Assembly (NCBI GenBank): GCA_023205875.1
Contig: CP060754.1
Span: 1,798,001 to 1,855,637 of the forward strand
Length of the DNA: 57,637 nucleotides
Reading direction: 5' to 3'
Source: Chloropicon primus
Taxonomy: Eukaryota
Below, in pieces: positions 10,040-21,500 of this stretch (position 1 is the first letter of the stretch; the number at the start of each line of letters is the position of its first letter). Under the pieces are notes generated by a model. The model was not told where the DNA came from, did not search any database, and worked only from the letters and a program-made list of their open reading frames with translations. The translations under genes were made by a program, and so were the position numbers.

Positions 10040-11302
10040 TCACTCCTCGTGCTTGGCCACACACCACTCCTTGGCGACAAGGTTCTCGCTGCAGCCCCCT
10101 TCTTTCAACACCTCCTTGCAACCTCGTTCGCAGCAGAAGACTGCCACGGTGACGAAGTTCGCTTTCTCCAAACCCCTCGCGGACGGAGAGTCCTGCGTCC
10201 CCGTCCACTCCATGGCCTCCTGGATGTAGCTCAAGATTCCTCCCATGATCTGCAGCTTGCACGCCCTCTTGCCCCCGCACAACTCGCAGCGAGGGACGCC
10301 CCCCTCCTCGCCACCACTGCAGATGGGCTGGTTGGTCTTCGTTGGCCAAAGAAGATGCTTGTCAGTGCTCGCGGATTCCTCGTTGTACCACCGCACGCAC
10401 TGGGAGGGTTCCAAGTCAATCTGACTCAGGAACTTGTGAAACTGCTTCTCGTCCACTGGTTCGGACTCGTACTCCTCGTTCGTCCAGGTCGCTTCCGGCT
10501 CGCCAGAAGGTTTCCCCCCGCGGGAGGCCCCACCGTTGGAGCCCTCGGCCTGGTTCTGAGACCGTCCCCTCGCCTTCCCCTCCTCGGAGTTCTCAAACTC
10601 CTCCACGAGCTCCTTCACTCGCAGGTCAAGCTTCGACTCGCGGGACTGCTTCCTGGGCTCCGGAGCAAAGTGAAGGCGAAATGCGGGGAAGGAGTTCGGG
10701 CTCGGACAAACCTCCTCGCAGTTCACTGCGCCACCATCGCCCGCCCTGGCCCCGTCCTTCTTCTTTGGCTTTGGCTTCGGCTTCGGCTTGACAGTCCCTC
10801 CCAACGACGTCTTCTGAAAGGCTGCCACAATATCGAGCCCATCGTCCACTTCGACGTCGTCCCCCGTGTCGTTCCAGCTCGTGTCGTTCCACCAGTCCTC
10901 GTCGCCCTCGGCAGATTGGTCACCCCCAAAGGGGTCAGCTTCCGTCTTGCCGCTATCCACCACCTCCACCTCCTCCTCCTCCTCCTCCTCCTCGACCCCG
11001 CTCCCTTCGGCTCGAAGTCTCAGCGCCGTCCAGTGTCTCCACGCGTCCGGGCAGGCCGCCTCCGAGCACACGAAGACGCACACGAGGAAGTCGTCGCCCC
11101 GCTTGGTCTCCGCCTCCGACACCTGCGCCACCAGAGCGAGAGTGACCCCACACTTGGGACAGGTCACGACGTCTTTGTCGATTGTTTTCGCAACCTCCTT
11201 GGGCAATACAGGCTGACCGCCCACTTTGCAGAGGTAAGCGTCGACGACGGACCCCTCCGCTCCCCCAACGAGGTCCCCTGGCAGGCCCACGCTCACCGCC
11301 AT
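10040..11302 (-). CDS. PDCD2/PDCD2L (TSR4-like) protein
   Basis: CKVGGQP, CPKC..L.LVAQV, EPSQCVRW, VPRCELCGGKRACKLQIM, FVTVAVFCC. Confidence 0.82.
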   Translation of the reverse strand: MAVSVGLPGDLVGGAEGSVVDAYLCKVGGQPVLPKEVAKTIDKDVVTCPKCGVTLALVAQVSEAETKRGDDFLVCVFVCSEAACPDAWRHWTALRLRAEGSGVEEEEEEEEVEVVDSGKTEADPFGGDQSAEGDEDWWNDTSWNDTGDDVEVDDGLDIVAAFQKTSLGGTVKPKPKPKPKKKDGARAGDGGAVNCEEVCPSPNSFPAFRLHFAPEPRKQSRESKLDLRVKELVEEFENSEEGKARGRSQNQAEGSNGGASRGGKPSGEPEATWTNEEYESEPVDEKQFHKFLSQIDLEPSQCVRWYNEESASTDKHLLWPTKTNQPICSGGEEGGVPRCELCGGKRACKLQIMGGILSYIQEAMEWTGTQDSPSARGLEKANFVTVAVFCCERGCKEVLKEGGCSENLVAKEWCVAKHEE

Positions 11303-11580
11303 CGCGCAGGCACCAGCAAAGTCTGCACCTCTGATGATGGATGGATGGGGAGGAGGAGGGGAGGGAGGAGGAGAGGGAGGGGAGGGAGGGGAGGCGGGGG
11401 GATGAAGTGAGCGTAAGGATTCGTCTGGGTATTCATCTACAATCTATACAATATGTGTTTTACTTGTCCACAACTTCTTTCTAAAAGACTTTGATCAAAG
11501 GGACGGTGACCTTTGACGCAAATTGGTGGGTTCAACGCGAGCGAGCGAGCGCCGCACAGACTTGGCTCTGTCTCCGTTCG

Positions 11581-12681
11581 TCATGGAGCCCGGAGCGCGA
11601 CCTTTGAGGGTACGAACTTTTTGAAGAGAATGACGAGGTGCGCCCTGAGGCAAGTTTTTGGTTTCCTGCCGAGAACGGCCTCCGCAAAGTCCGTCGAAGT
11701 CATTTGCCTTTTGTGATCCACAAAGTTGACGGAGAGAACTCGGCCGAGTTTCATGAACTCGATGATGCAGCTCATGTTGCCCACCCTCTCCTCTGGGGAC
11801 ACGATGACCGCTTCACCAAAGGAAGTGAGGAGGTTGTAGCACGTGCGAGCCACGCTCCTTCCCAGTTCCTCCGTGTAGGTGAGGTCCGACCCGCACACAA
11901 AGTCAAAGACCCCGAGCTCAAAGCCGTGCTCGTTGATCGCGTCGTAATCGAGCTTGCACACGCTGCATTGCGGGGTTCCGCCTTCACAAACGACGGAGAG
12001 CTGGGGCTTGAGCAAGGCAGTCGCCTCCACGGAGACGTCTGGAACTTCCAGCTTGGATGGAAAGTACGTAGCGACCTCCTCCTGGTAGTTCAGAGCGAGG
12101 GAAACGTAAAGATTCTCCAGCAGGGCGTGCTCGACATCAGACAGGACGAGGGACTCCGCGTGCCTCGCTGCGTATATCCCCGGCAGTCCGCACCCACTCC
12201 CGATCTCGATCACCTTCTTTCCAGCGTACCTCTCCCTGTTCTCGTGCAGCCACACCATGAGAACTATGCTCGCGTCCCAAACCTTGAACCCGACGCCGGA
12301 CGTGTCGAACTCGAGCTCCCGCACCCCCACGTTCGTTTCCTCGCCCTCCAAAAAGTAAAAGTCCTTGAGCCTGCACATGCTCTTCGTCTTGTTTCCCAAG
12401 ATGAAGTCGTCGTAAGCAAACGAGCGCACCTCCTCCAGTTTGCAGTCACCCACCTCGTGGGCGACTCCAACCTGCTGCCACTCGACACAGCACTGGCCCC
12501 CTCCTCTCAACGAGTTGTCATCCGGCTCGGGGATCAGCTCCAGCAAGTCTTCCTCGTCCTCCACGCCTTGCAAGAGGGAAAGGTCGACGTCCCGGACCAG
12601 GTCTCGGAACAGGTTCTGGTACCTGCTCCTGCTGTTCAAGGTTCTCATGTCGTTCTCCACCACCCCTGCACGCTGAGACAT
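11581..12681 (-). CDS. Family-16 SAM-dependent (protein lysine) methyltransferase
   Basis: GFKVWDASIVL, VIEIGSGCGLPGI, LSD, FDFVCGSDLTY. Start uncertain. Confidence 0.82.
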   Translation of the reverse strand: MSQRAGVVENDMRTLNSRSRYQNLFRDLVRDVDLSLLQGVEDEEDLLELIPEPDDNSLRGGGQCCVEWQQVGVAHEVGDCKLEEVRSFAYDDFILGNKTKSMCRLKDFYFLEGEETNVGVRELEFDTSGVGFKVWDASIVLMVWLHENRERYAGKKVIEIGSGCGLPGIYAARHAESLVLSDVEHALLENLYVSLALNYQEEVATYFPSKLEVPDVSVEATALLKPQLSVVCEGGTPQCSVCKLDYDAINEHGFELGVFDFVCGSDLTYTEELGRSVARTCYNLLTSFGEAVIVSPEERVGNMSCIIEFMKLGRVLSVNFVDHKRQMTSTDFAEAVLGRKPKTCLRAHLVILFKKFVPSKVALRAP

Positions 12682-12848
12682 CTTTCTCACGAGATGCCTT
12701 ACCTTGTGTCTCTTAGGATCCGTCTGCCTGCCTGCCTGCCCGCCTATCCGCACAAGAGAGCGCCTTTGGATGGAGAGGCCACCACGTGACTTGCCTTTGC
12801 TCGACTGGACTGGACTGGACTGAATCCTTCTGCGCGCTCGCTCCCGTG

Positions 12849-12879
<31 letters not shown>

Positions 12880-13396
12880 CTACGTTTTTGTTGCCTCGTC
12901 GGTGGGTGCGGACGTGAAGCAACGTTCGTTGTCACTCCACGTCCGACTGTCGCCATGCACACTTTCTCCCTTTGCTCCCAAGGTCTGGCACACGAGGCCA
13001 AGGAAGGAAGGAAGGAAGGAAGCTTTCCAAGATGAGGATCTTGGACCCCAGGAGTGCCAAGGGAAGCGAAGCGAAGGGAGGCTTGGCTTGGGTGTACGGT
13101 GGAGGGTTCAGGGGTTCCCCTCTTGGCTTCAGTTCTCTCTCCTTCTCGCTTGTCTCCCGTACACTTGACATGGACGTTCCTCCAGTGGATCCTGCGAGGT
13201 TTTCTCTTTCTCAGCCAGGGGGTCAGCCGTTTAACGACAGGGGCGACGGACGAGGACGAGGACGAGGACTTTCGGACGGAGGGGGGCCATACGACGACGA
13301 CGACGAGGACGAGGACGAGGACGAGACCCTGACCTACGCAGCTGTGTGCCTCCCGCACTGCATTGAAGGAACAAGAACGACCGAACGCGGAAGGAT

Positions 13397-15179
13397 ATGG
13401 ACGAGATGGCGGCAAGAGAGAACAAGGACACCAAGGAGAAGAAGGTAGGTGGGGCGGAGGCAAGCAAACGACGGGCGAGGGAATGAGGACGATTGGGGGA
13501 GGAGGAATTCGAAACGCGAGCGAAACGCCCCCTGACGCCTTGGATCCCTCCGCACATCGCCAACATTCTTCGCTTCCCTCGAGACTTACGCGCGCCTCTG
13601 ACGTTTGTTTCGTCGTCGTGTTGGGTTGTTGTGTTTGGTTTCCCAATCCGAATCCGATCCAATCCATTGGTTTTGGTTCGCTCGCGCCGTGCAGGTCCAC
13701 TCCCGCAGTGGCGGGTCAGAGGACGGGGAGGAGAGGCCGGCCAAGGTGGCGAAGACGGCTTCGGATGACTCGGCCCCCGGAAAGAACGAGGGCGGGGACA
13801 ACGACAGCGGCAAGGACGCGGGATCGCCACGTAATGAGGACCACAACGACAACAACAGCAACGACAACAAAGACTCGGAGGAGAACCCGAGGTCGAGGTC
13901 GCCCGCGGAGGCGAACGAGGCGAACGTGGCGGCCCCGACCAGGAGGAGCCTGAGGCCAAGACGGCCCACCTCCATGGTGAAGGGCAACAGCAGCGGCAAC
14001 GGGAAGGACAAGGGGGAGAAGGAGGACAAGAAAGCGAGCAAGGAAAAGGAGGGCACCCAGAACGGGGGAGGCCAAGCGAACGCCGGCGCGACGGCCAAGA
14101 GGGAGAAGGGGGAGAGCGGAAGTGGCTCGGGAAGCTCCGCCGCGAAGGAGAAGGAGGCCAAGGCAAAGAGGGAGAAGGAAGAGAGGGAGTCGTTGCACTA
14201 CAACGGGTTCCCGCTCGACATCTCGAACCTCTCCAAGACGACCAAGCCCGTGAAGCTGGATTCCAACTCTTGCGTGCGCATCCTGATCGGGAGGGAGTAC
14301 CTCAGCAGCAACAACAGGCAGGTCAGGTCGAGGCAGCTGTGGGGGAGCGAGGTGTACACTGAGGACAGCGACGTCGTGGCGGTCCTGGTGCACATGGGTT
14401 TCATCAATCTGACCCTGATCGACAGCGTCGCGTCCGACATCCGCTCGCTCTCGGTGCAGCTCAAGGTCCTGCCCCTCCAAGCCAGCTACGTCTCCTCGAA
14501 CTCGAACAACATCAGGAGCCGGTCTTGGAACTCCTTCGACCAGGAGGAGGCCAGGTGCAGCTACAGCATCAAGTCGTGCACCGCCTCTCTCGTCAACGGG
14601 GAGGACATCAAGCTCTACCCGGCCCCTGGGGCCTTTGCCATCATTCCGCCAACCTTTGTTCCCGCGGCCACGGAGAGGGTCGTGAACACGAGAAGCAGCG
14701 CCTCCAGCACGGACAGGAAGAACAGGTTCAAGCAGGAGGTCACGCTGCAGTACAACTTGTGCAACGAGCCTTGGCTCAAGTACGTCATGGCCTCCGTGGC
14801 GGACCAGGGGCTGCAGGCCTCCAAGTGGACCAGCGCCAGGCTCCACAGCGAGGTGCTTTACGCGGAGAGCCAGACCACGAGGTACGAGCTCAGCATCATG
14901 GAGAGCCAGTCGCCCAGCACGGCGAACGGGGGCGAGAGCGGCTTCGGGGGCCAGGAGAAGGATCTCTTCCAGTGGTCCAAATGCAACGAGATCTCCCCGC
15001 TTTCCGAGATGAGGAAGGTTGGGGTCCCGTTCCCACCGGCGGAGGTCAAGGTCTTGGAGCAGGGCGTGGAGTGGGAGCACTTGAAGTGGGGTCCCAACGG
15101 CGTTCACATTCGCGACAACTTTTACCCCCTGTCCAGAATCCACTTTATGGAGAGGCAGGAGGCCCCCAGCTCCGCTTGA
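13397..15179 (+). CDS. RXT3/HDC1-like histone deacetylase complex subunit; 2 exons (13397-13444, 13695-15179)
   Basis: RQLWGSEVYTEDSDVVAVLVHMG (Rxt3 domain), QEVTLQYNLCNEPWLKY; in-frame GTAGGT...GCAG intron. Confidence 0.8.
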
Positions 15180-15351
15180 GTGCGCGCGTGGTAAAGCGGC
15201 GACCCAAAACGCACTTGTAATCTACATACTCGACCTTTTTTTGGCTTGGGGGAGGGAACGCGGGAGACGCGCTTCGAGGACGACGAGTGGCCAGGGCTCC
15301 GAAAAAGCTTTATTACAACCAGTCCTTGTCTTTCCTGCTAGAAGACGTTTC

Positions 15352-16266
15352 TTAGGCGGAGGCCGGGGTGCCTCCGTTTGGCAGCTCGCCGCTGGAGGCG
15401 TTGGTCTGGGCCTTCTCCGCCTCCCTCTGGGCCGACTTCTTCCTCTGCTCCTCTATGATCTCCTGCATGAGCTCCTTGGCCTTAGTCATCTTGGTCAGCA
15501 TCCCCTTGTAGGTGGCGAGGTCCGCCGTGACACGCGCGAGGGGCACGGACAAGCTCGTCGAGAGCTTCTCCAGCGAAGCCGGGTCCGTGGCCTTGGCCAA
15601 CTCCAAGAGCCTGAACATGCCCACGCCGAAGAACTTGTTGTACACTTTGCTTCCCTCGGAAAACGCCGAGGCGTATTTTACAAACTCCTGCTGGATCGCG
15701 GAGCCACTGGCGTCCGCCAGGACCTCCTCCACGCCGCCCAACGAGCTGGCCCACTCCGTCACCTCCGCGGCGTCCGCCCGCATCTGCTGCTTGTCCTCCT
15801 CCAGAGCACCCAGGAAGGCCCCCAAGATCTCGTCCTGGTTCCCGTCAGGGAAGGACTCCATCACCCCGTCGTACACCGACAAGAACCCCAGCGCGTACAG
15901 CTTGTCGTACTCGAACTTGGCGCCGAACTTGATGAGGTGGGACTGGACCAGGAGCTCCTGGACGATGGTGTTGTACAGGGCTGGAATGGGCTTGGCGTAA
16001 GCGTCCAGGAACTTGGACTTGGTGTCCGCCACCGTGACGGCGTTCAGGTCCCTCGCCGCCGCAGCGACCGCGAACGAGAGTGCCATCCTGCTCGCGCGGG
16101 ACACCCTCCCACTCACCAAGGCAGTCGTGGTGGTGGTGGTGGTGGTGGTGGTGCTCCTCTGCCTCCTGGGAACGACAACGACCGTAGCTCTCGCCTTGTT
16201 GTTGTTGTGCGCCAAGAGGGAGGAGGTTCTTCCCCTCGCCTGGCTCTGCATCCTCGCCACTTTCAT
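15352..16266 (-). CDS. THF1: Thylakoid formation 1 (Psb29/THF1), plastid-targeted
   Basis: TVADTKSKFLDAYAKPIPALYNTIVQELLVQSHL, YNKFFGVGMFRLLE; Thr/Arg-rich transit peptide. Confidence 0.92.
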   Translation of the reverse strand: MKVARMQSQARGRTSSLLAHNNNKARATVVVVPRRQRSTTTTTTTTTTALVSGRVSRASRMALSFAVAAAARDLNAVTVADTKSKFLDAYAKPIPALYNTIVQELLVQSHLIKFGAKFEYDKLYALGFLSVYDGVMESFPDGNQDEILGAFLGALEEDKQQMRADAAEVTEWASSLGGVEEVLADASGSAIQQEFVKYASAFSEGSKVYNKFFGVGMFRLLELAKATDPASLEKLSTSLSVPLARVTADLATYKGMLTKMTKAKELMQEIIEEQRKKSAQREAEKAQTNASSGELPNGGTPASA

Positions 16267-16562
16267 GCTGTCGTCGTCGTCCTCGTTGTCGTCGTCGTCG
16301 CCGCTTCTCTCCCCTTCCCTTCGATCGATCTCTTGTTTTTTGTTTTTTTGGTTTTCGTGGCCAGCAGACGAGCAGATCCCGATCCCTTCGCCAAGCAAAT
16401 GGAGGATCAGAAATCGAGGGCATGAAGGCAAGGCGGCTCAGGGGACGGGGGGAGGGGGGAGGAAGCGATTGGAAGCGATGGAAGAGGCAGGGGGAAGACT
16501 TGATCTTACGGACCGAAAGTGTATCTCCAAGGAAAAAAATCATCATGGATTGCTAGTCGTGC

Positions 16563-17084
16563 TCAAAGCCCCTGGGGGTCGGCCAAGTGATTGACCATGA
16601 CCTCGACGACCTCGACGAACGTGTAATGGGCGGAGGCCTTGCTCGGCAAACACCCGATCTCACTTACGGCGTTCGCGATTGCGGAAGCGAGGCAGACGAG
16701 GACGTAAATCACGAGGATCAGGGAGAACATCCCGGCATCCAGGCTTTCCTGATCATGACTGGCAAACAAAGTCCCACGGACGGCCTCCATCCCTTCCCGT
16801 CGCGCGCGCGTCATCTCCTCCTGACCGGGCTCAACTGGTGTTCTTGGCGTCCCTCCGTCTCCTGGCCCACCTCCTCCTGCTTGGGCTTGCGACTGGCTTG
16901 TGCTTCTGGTCCCGGTCGGGTTCTGGTCGGGCCGAGTCCAGGATAAGCTGATGCAACTCGTACACGTTTTGCCTGATCACCTTGTCCCTCCCTTGCACCG
17001 GCGCCTCAATCACGGGCTCCTTCGTCTTGTCGATCACCTTTAATGAAGTCGTCGCCAACGCCATCTCTATTCTGAACTCCTTCA
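16563..17084 (-). other. Possible small membrane-protein gene split over two overlapping frames (frameshifted gene or pseudogene)
   Basis: ORF MKEFRIE...KNTS* (17084-16831) overlaps a +1 frame open from ~16975 to 16563 that encodes a TM helix (MFSLILVIYVLVCLASAIA); codons are GC3-rich. Confidence 0.35.
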
Positions 17085-17218
17085 TCTCCTCCTCGATCTC
17101 CTCCTCTCCTGGTGTTTGCCATGGTCCCACCACAGGGCTGTGGCCTCCTCTTCTCTCGCCGAATAGGAGGGAGGGGAACGAAGGGAGCGACCGAGCGAAT
17201 CGAGGGAGGCGAGATAGG

Positions 17219-18463
17219 ATGGGGGCTTCTGCTTCGAGCGGGGAGGATGGAGTAGTCCAGGAAGAACACACACAACAACGACAAGAACAACAACGACAAC
17301 AACAACGACAACAACAACGACAAGAACAACGACAAGAACAACGACAAGAACAACGACAACAACAAGAATTGATATCGAGGTCGAGGTCGAGGTCGGAGGA
17401 AGAGGAGGAGGAGGAGGTCGTGATGGGGGAGGTGGACTTCGTGGTCGATCTGGATTCGTCGCCGCCCTCCTCCTCCGCCTCGCCGCCGGCGTCGACGTCG
17501 TCCTACGGCTGTCGCCATTATCGAAGGAAGTGCGCCCTCGTGGCACCTTGTTGCGGGGAGGTGTTCACCTGCAGGCTCTGCCACGACGAGGCCAAGGACA
17601 CGCTCGAGATGGGCAAGCGGGCGCACACCATGGACAGGAAGGCGGTAACCGAGGTCGTGTGTCTCGTCTGCAACGCGAGGCAAGGGGTTTCAAACATGTG
17701 CGTCGAATGTGGGGCCAAGTTCGGGGAGTACTATTGTGAGGAGTGTCGACTGTTTGATGACACGGACAAGGGCCAATATCATTGCTCTGCGTGCGGAATT
17801 TGCCGCGTGGGTGGTCGGGAGAATTTCTTTCATTGTTTTACCTGTGGGTAAGTCCGAGGCCGCGCTCGAAAACAATCCAATCCTTGAAAAGGTTCTGACA
17901 TTCTCTTCTCTCTTCTCTCTTCTCTCTTGCCTTCCCATCTTCACCGTCGTCGTCGTCGTCCAGAGCATGCTTCTCCGTGGAGCTCAGGGAGGAGCACAAG
18001 TGCATCGAGAGGAATCTGCGCGGAAACTGCCCGATCTGCTTCGAGGAGCTATTCACGAGCACCAAGCAGATCACCATCCTGAACTGCGGTCATCCCATTC
18101 ACAAACGCTGTTTCCTCCAGATGCGGAACCAGATGCTCAGGAGCCGGGAGCCCTGGCAGCTGCTGAAGGCCAACGTAAGTCCGAGGACGCGCTCGAAAAC
18201 AATCGAATCCTTTTCAAGGTTCTGACATTCTCGTCGTTGTCGTCCAGACGTGCCCGACCTGTAGCAAGTCGACCTGCGACTTGACGGGCTTGTGGGAGCA
18301 GATCGACCGCGAAGTGGAGGCGATGCCCATGCCGGAGGAGTACAGGGACACCAAGGTTTCAATCATCTGCAACGATTGTAACGAGAGGGACGATGGCGTG
18401 GCGTTCCACATTCTGGCCCTCAAATGCAGCAAATGCGGGTCTTACAACACCAGGAGGGTCTGA
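17219..18463 (+). CDS. CHY zinc finger/CTCHY/RING/zinc-ribbon E3 ligase (RCHY1/Pirh2/CHYR family); introns 17848-17963 and 18175-18247
   Basis: GCRHYRRKCALVAPCC...CRLCHDE, CGICRVGG, CPICFE, CGHPIH..C, ICNDC, LKCSKCGSYNTR. Splicing restores CFTCG-ACFS and AN-TCPTC. Start may instead be 17422. Confidence 0.92.
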
Positions 18464-18582
18464 GGGTGCTGACCCATCTTTATACAATTATATTTTACAC
18501 AATTATATGCGAAAGAACCAACTTTTCTCTTCTTGTTCTTCTTGTTCCGCCGCTGCTGCTGCTTCTGACTACCTCCTTCTGA

Positions 18583-21500
18583 CTACCTCCTCTCCACGCC
18601 TTCCAACTCGGCGTCCATCTCGTTGAACATCTCCTGCAGCTTCTCCAGGGTCTCCTCCGAGGCGTTCCAGATTCCTCGATTCGCCGCCTCGAGGGCCCTC
18701 TTCAGGATGTTGGCAAACGCCTGGGGGTTCGACTTCCTGAGGGCCTGGGCGATCTCCTCGTTGTCCACGTAAGTCTCCACCGCTTGGTCGTACACCCAGT
18801 CCTCCTTGAAGTCTGACGTGGCACCCCAGCCGAGCAAGGCCGTCATTCGGGTGGAGATCTCGAAAGCGCCCCCAGAGCCCTGCTTCACCATGGCGTCGGC
18901 CCACTTCGGATTCAGCAGCTTGGACCTGTACTCCAGCCTCAGGACGTCCTCCAGCTCCTTCGGGGTGGTCTCCTCCCCGAAGCACTCCACGATGCTGCAG
19001 CCGACTTTTCCCTTCTTCCTCTTCTCCGGGTCGGAGGTCAAAGCGTTGTACTTGCTCCTGGCGGTCTCCGCGGCCTTGCGAAGCGCCCCCGTGTTCGCGT
19101 AATACTCCTGGATGTCAGTCAAGCCGTACTCGACGCTGTCGATCTCCTGAACAACCCGGTCGGTGGTCTGGAGGAGGGTGTCCAAGACCTCGGGCCTCGA
19201 GCTGCCCTCCTCCCCGCCCTTGCCATAGCTGAACGCGTTCCTGCTCACCCAAGTGTCGCCCAATTCACTCCCGTCCTCCCAATTGCTGGAACCGACCCTC
19301 TCGTTGACCATGCTTCCGTAGTCCCCGCTCGGGTTGGAGAAGAGCCTCGAGGCTGGCCTGTCAATGCCCTTGGACCTCATCTCCTCGGCATGCTTCCTGA
19401 TGAAGTTCATCTCCGGAGGCTCCTCCGCCTCGGCCGCGCGGGTGAAGAGATCGTCGAGGAGGTTCACCACATTCTGGAAGCTGTCCCTGAAAATTCCAGA
19501 CATGTTCGCGATGACATCGATCCTCGGCCGGCCCAGCTCGCTGAGAGGGATCAGCTCGAAGCGCGCCACCCTCCCCGTGCTGTCCCTCTCCGTCCTGGCC
19601 CCAACCAAGTGCAAGACGATGGCCACGGCGTCGCCCTTGGTCTTGATGGAATCAAGACCCCAGAGAGCCACGGCGCAGGTCTCCGGGTACTCTCCCTCGT
19701 TCTGCTCCTGGTGCTGCGCGATGATCTCCTTGGCCGCGGAGGTCCCCCTCAGGAAAGCGGCTTGGGACGGCATCCTGTACGGATCGAGGGCGTGGATGTT
19801 CCTTCCCGTGGGCAGGACCCCTGGTCCGTCCCTAAGCAGGTCTCCGCCCGCCACCGAAGGAATGTACTCCCCCCGGAGGGCCCGAACAACACTCTTCATT
19901 TCCTCGGTGTTCTTCAGCAGCAGACCCCTGATCTCCAGCGCAGTCTCGACGTCCTCGCGGCACAGCCGCTGGCCCCTTGCCGTGCCGCCGAATCTCTCGA
20001 CGATCTGGTCCGCGGTCGCGCTCCCGCTCCCGTCCTCGCAAATGAATGCGAGCACCGCGTCAGGTAACCGCGAGCCAAAGTACGCGCTGAGGTACTTGGA
20101 CATGGACTCTTGGTCCGGTGCCCTGCCGATGACGTGCAGACCCTCGGAGAACAGCCTGTTCTCGACCACCTTGAGGTATGTGAACAGCCGATCCACGTAG
20201 GCAAGGAAATCGCTGTCAGAGATCTCGCCGAGGTCCGCAGGGGTGATCTTGGGCCTCTCGTCGGTGTAAGGGCAATCGGTGAAGAGACCCGCGGCCGCGA
20301 TCGTATCCACGATCGTCTCCTTCAGCACGGCGTTTGAAGCAGGGTCCTCCCTGTAATCCCCAACGAGGTCCTTCAAGATCGCGAGCTGCTTGTACAGCCC
20401 AGACCGCCCATAGGGAGGCACGTTGTGGCTCACGATCGTCCCGTAACCCCTCCTCTTTGCGATGATGGACTCGGAAGGGTTGTTTGCCGTGTAGATGTAC
20501 ACATTGGGCAGGCTGCCCAACAAAACGTCGCTCCAGGAGAGCCCGGTGTTTCCGACGGGGCTCCCCGGGAGCCACTCCACCGTGCCGTGAGTTCCAAAGT
20601 GGAGCACGGCGTCCGCCTTGAAACCATTCTGCAACCAAGAATAGAAGGCAGCGTATTGCGGGTGGGGTGTCAGGTCCCTTTCAAAGAGCAGTCGCATCGG
20701 ATCGCCCTCGACACCGAGCAGAGGCTGCACCCCAATCCAGACATTGCCAAACTGCAGTCCGCTCACCACGTAGTTGCCCTCCGCTGACACGCTCAGGTGG
20801 TTTGGGTTCCCCAGCTTGCCCCACTGGGACTCCAGCCTGTTGAACAGGACGTCGTTCTCGGGAAGGAAGGGAATCGGTCCCCACTCAGTGGGTCCCCAGG
20901 CCTCGGGGAAGCTCAACCAATCCCTCAACTGACTTGGGGTCACCTCCGCCGCGGCCACCCGGCCACCGAGGGATCTGGCCGTCTCTGCTCCATTTGCGTT
21001 CACCGCGTCCGCTCCACCGGCGATGGCCCTGGGGCTGTCCAGGTCGCGGATCATCTTCACGACCTCTTCCCCGTCCAGATCCTCCGGAATGTCGCCCACG
21101 TGATAGCCCTCCTCCCTGAGCGTCTGCAGCAGAGAGGCCAGGGACGAGGGGACGTTGAGCAAGGCGGCGGTGCCCGTGGCCCCAACCCCCGGAGGGAAGC
21201 CGTACAGAAGGACGGCCACCTTGCTCTCCACCTTGGGCTTGCGCCTCAGGGAGATCCACTTGTGCAAACGACTGGTCAGCCTCTTGACCCTCTCGGGGAC
21301 GAGGAAGATGTCGTCGGCCACCAGCCCCCCGATCGGGACCGTGTCGATCGCGCCGTCCAGCTCAGGCAAAGCGTACAAAACAATGGACTGGAGGCCCGTC
21401 ATTCCGTTCCGGTCCCAGCTCTCGATGTCCTGGATGAGGAGCGGCGCTGCCACTACGTACGGGACGTTCTTCACCTCGAGGATTTCCCGGCTGACCTCCG

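Noticed and set aside
12750..13390. Short ORFs or an ncRNA in the divergent methyltransferase/RXT3 intergenic region
   Set aside because: Low-complexity sequence with no codon bias or recognisable RNA motif.
16825..16840. Antizyme-type programmed frameshift or selenocysteine read-through at TGA
   Set aside because: The context is not TCC-TGA, the downstream frame lacks antizyme motifs, in-frame read-through hits another stop soon after, and no SECIS was recognised.
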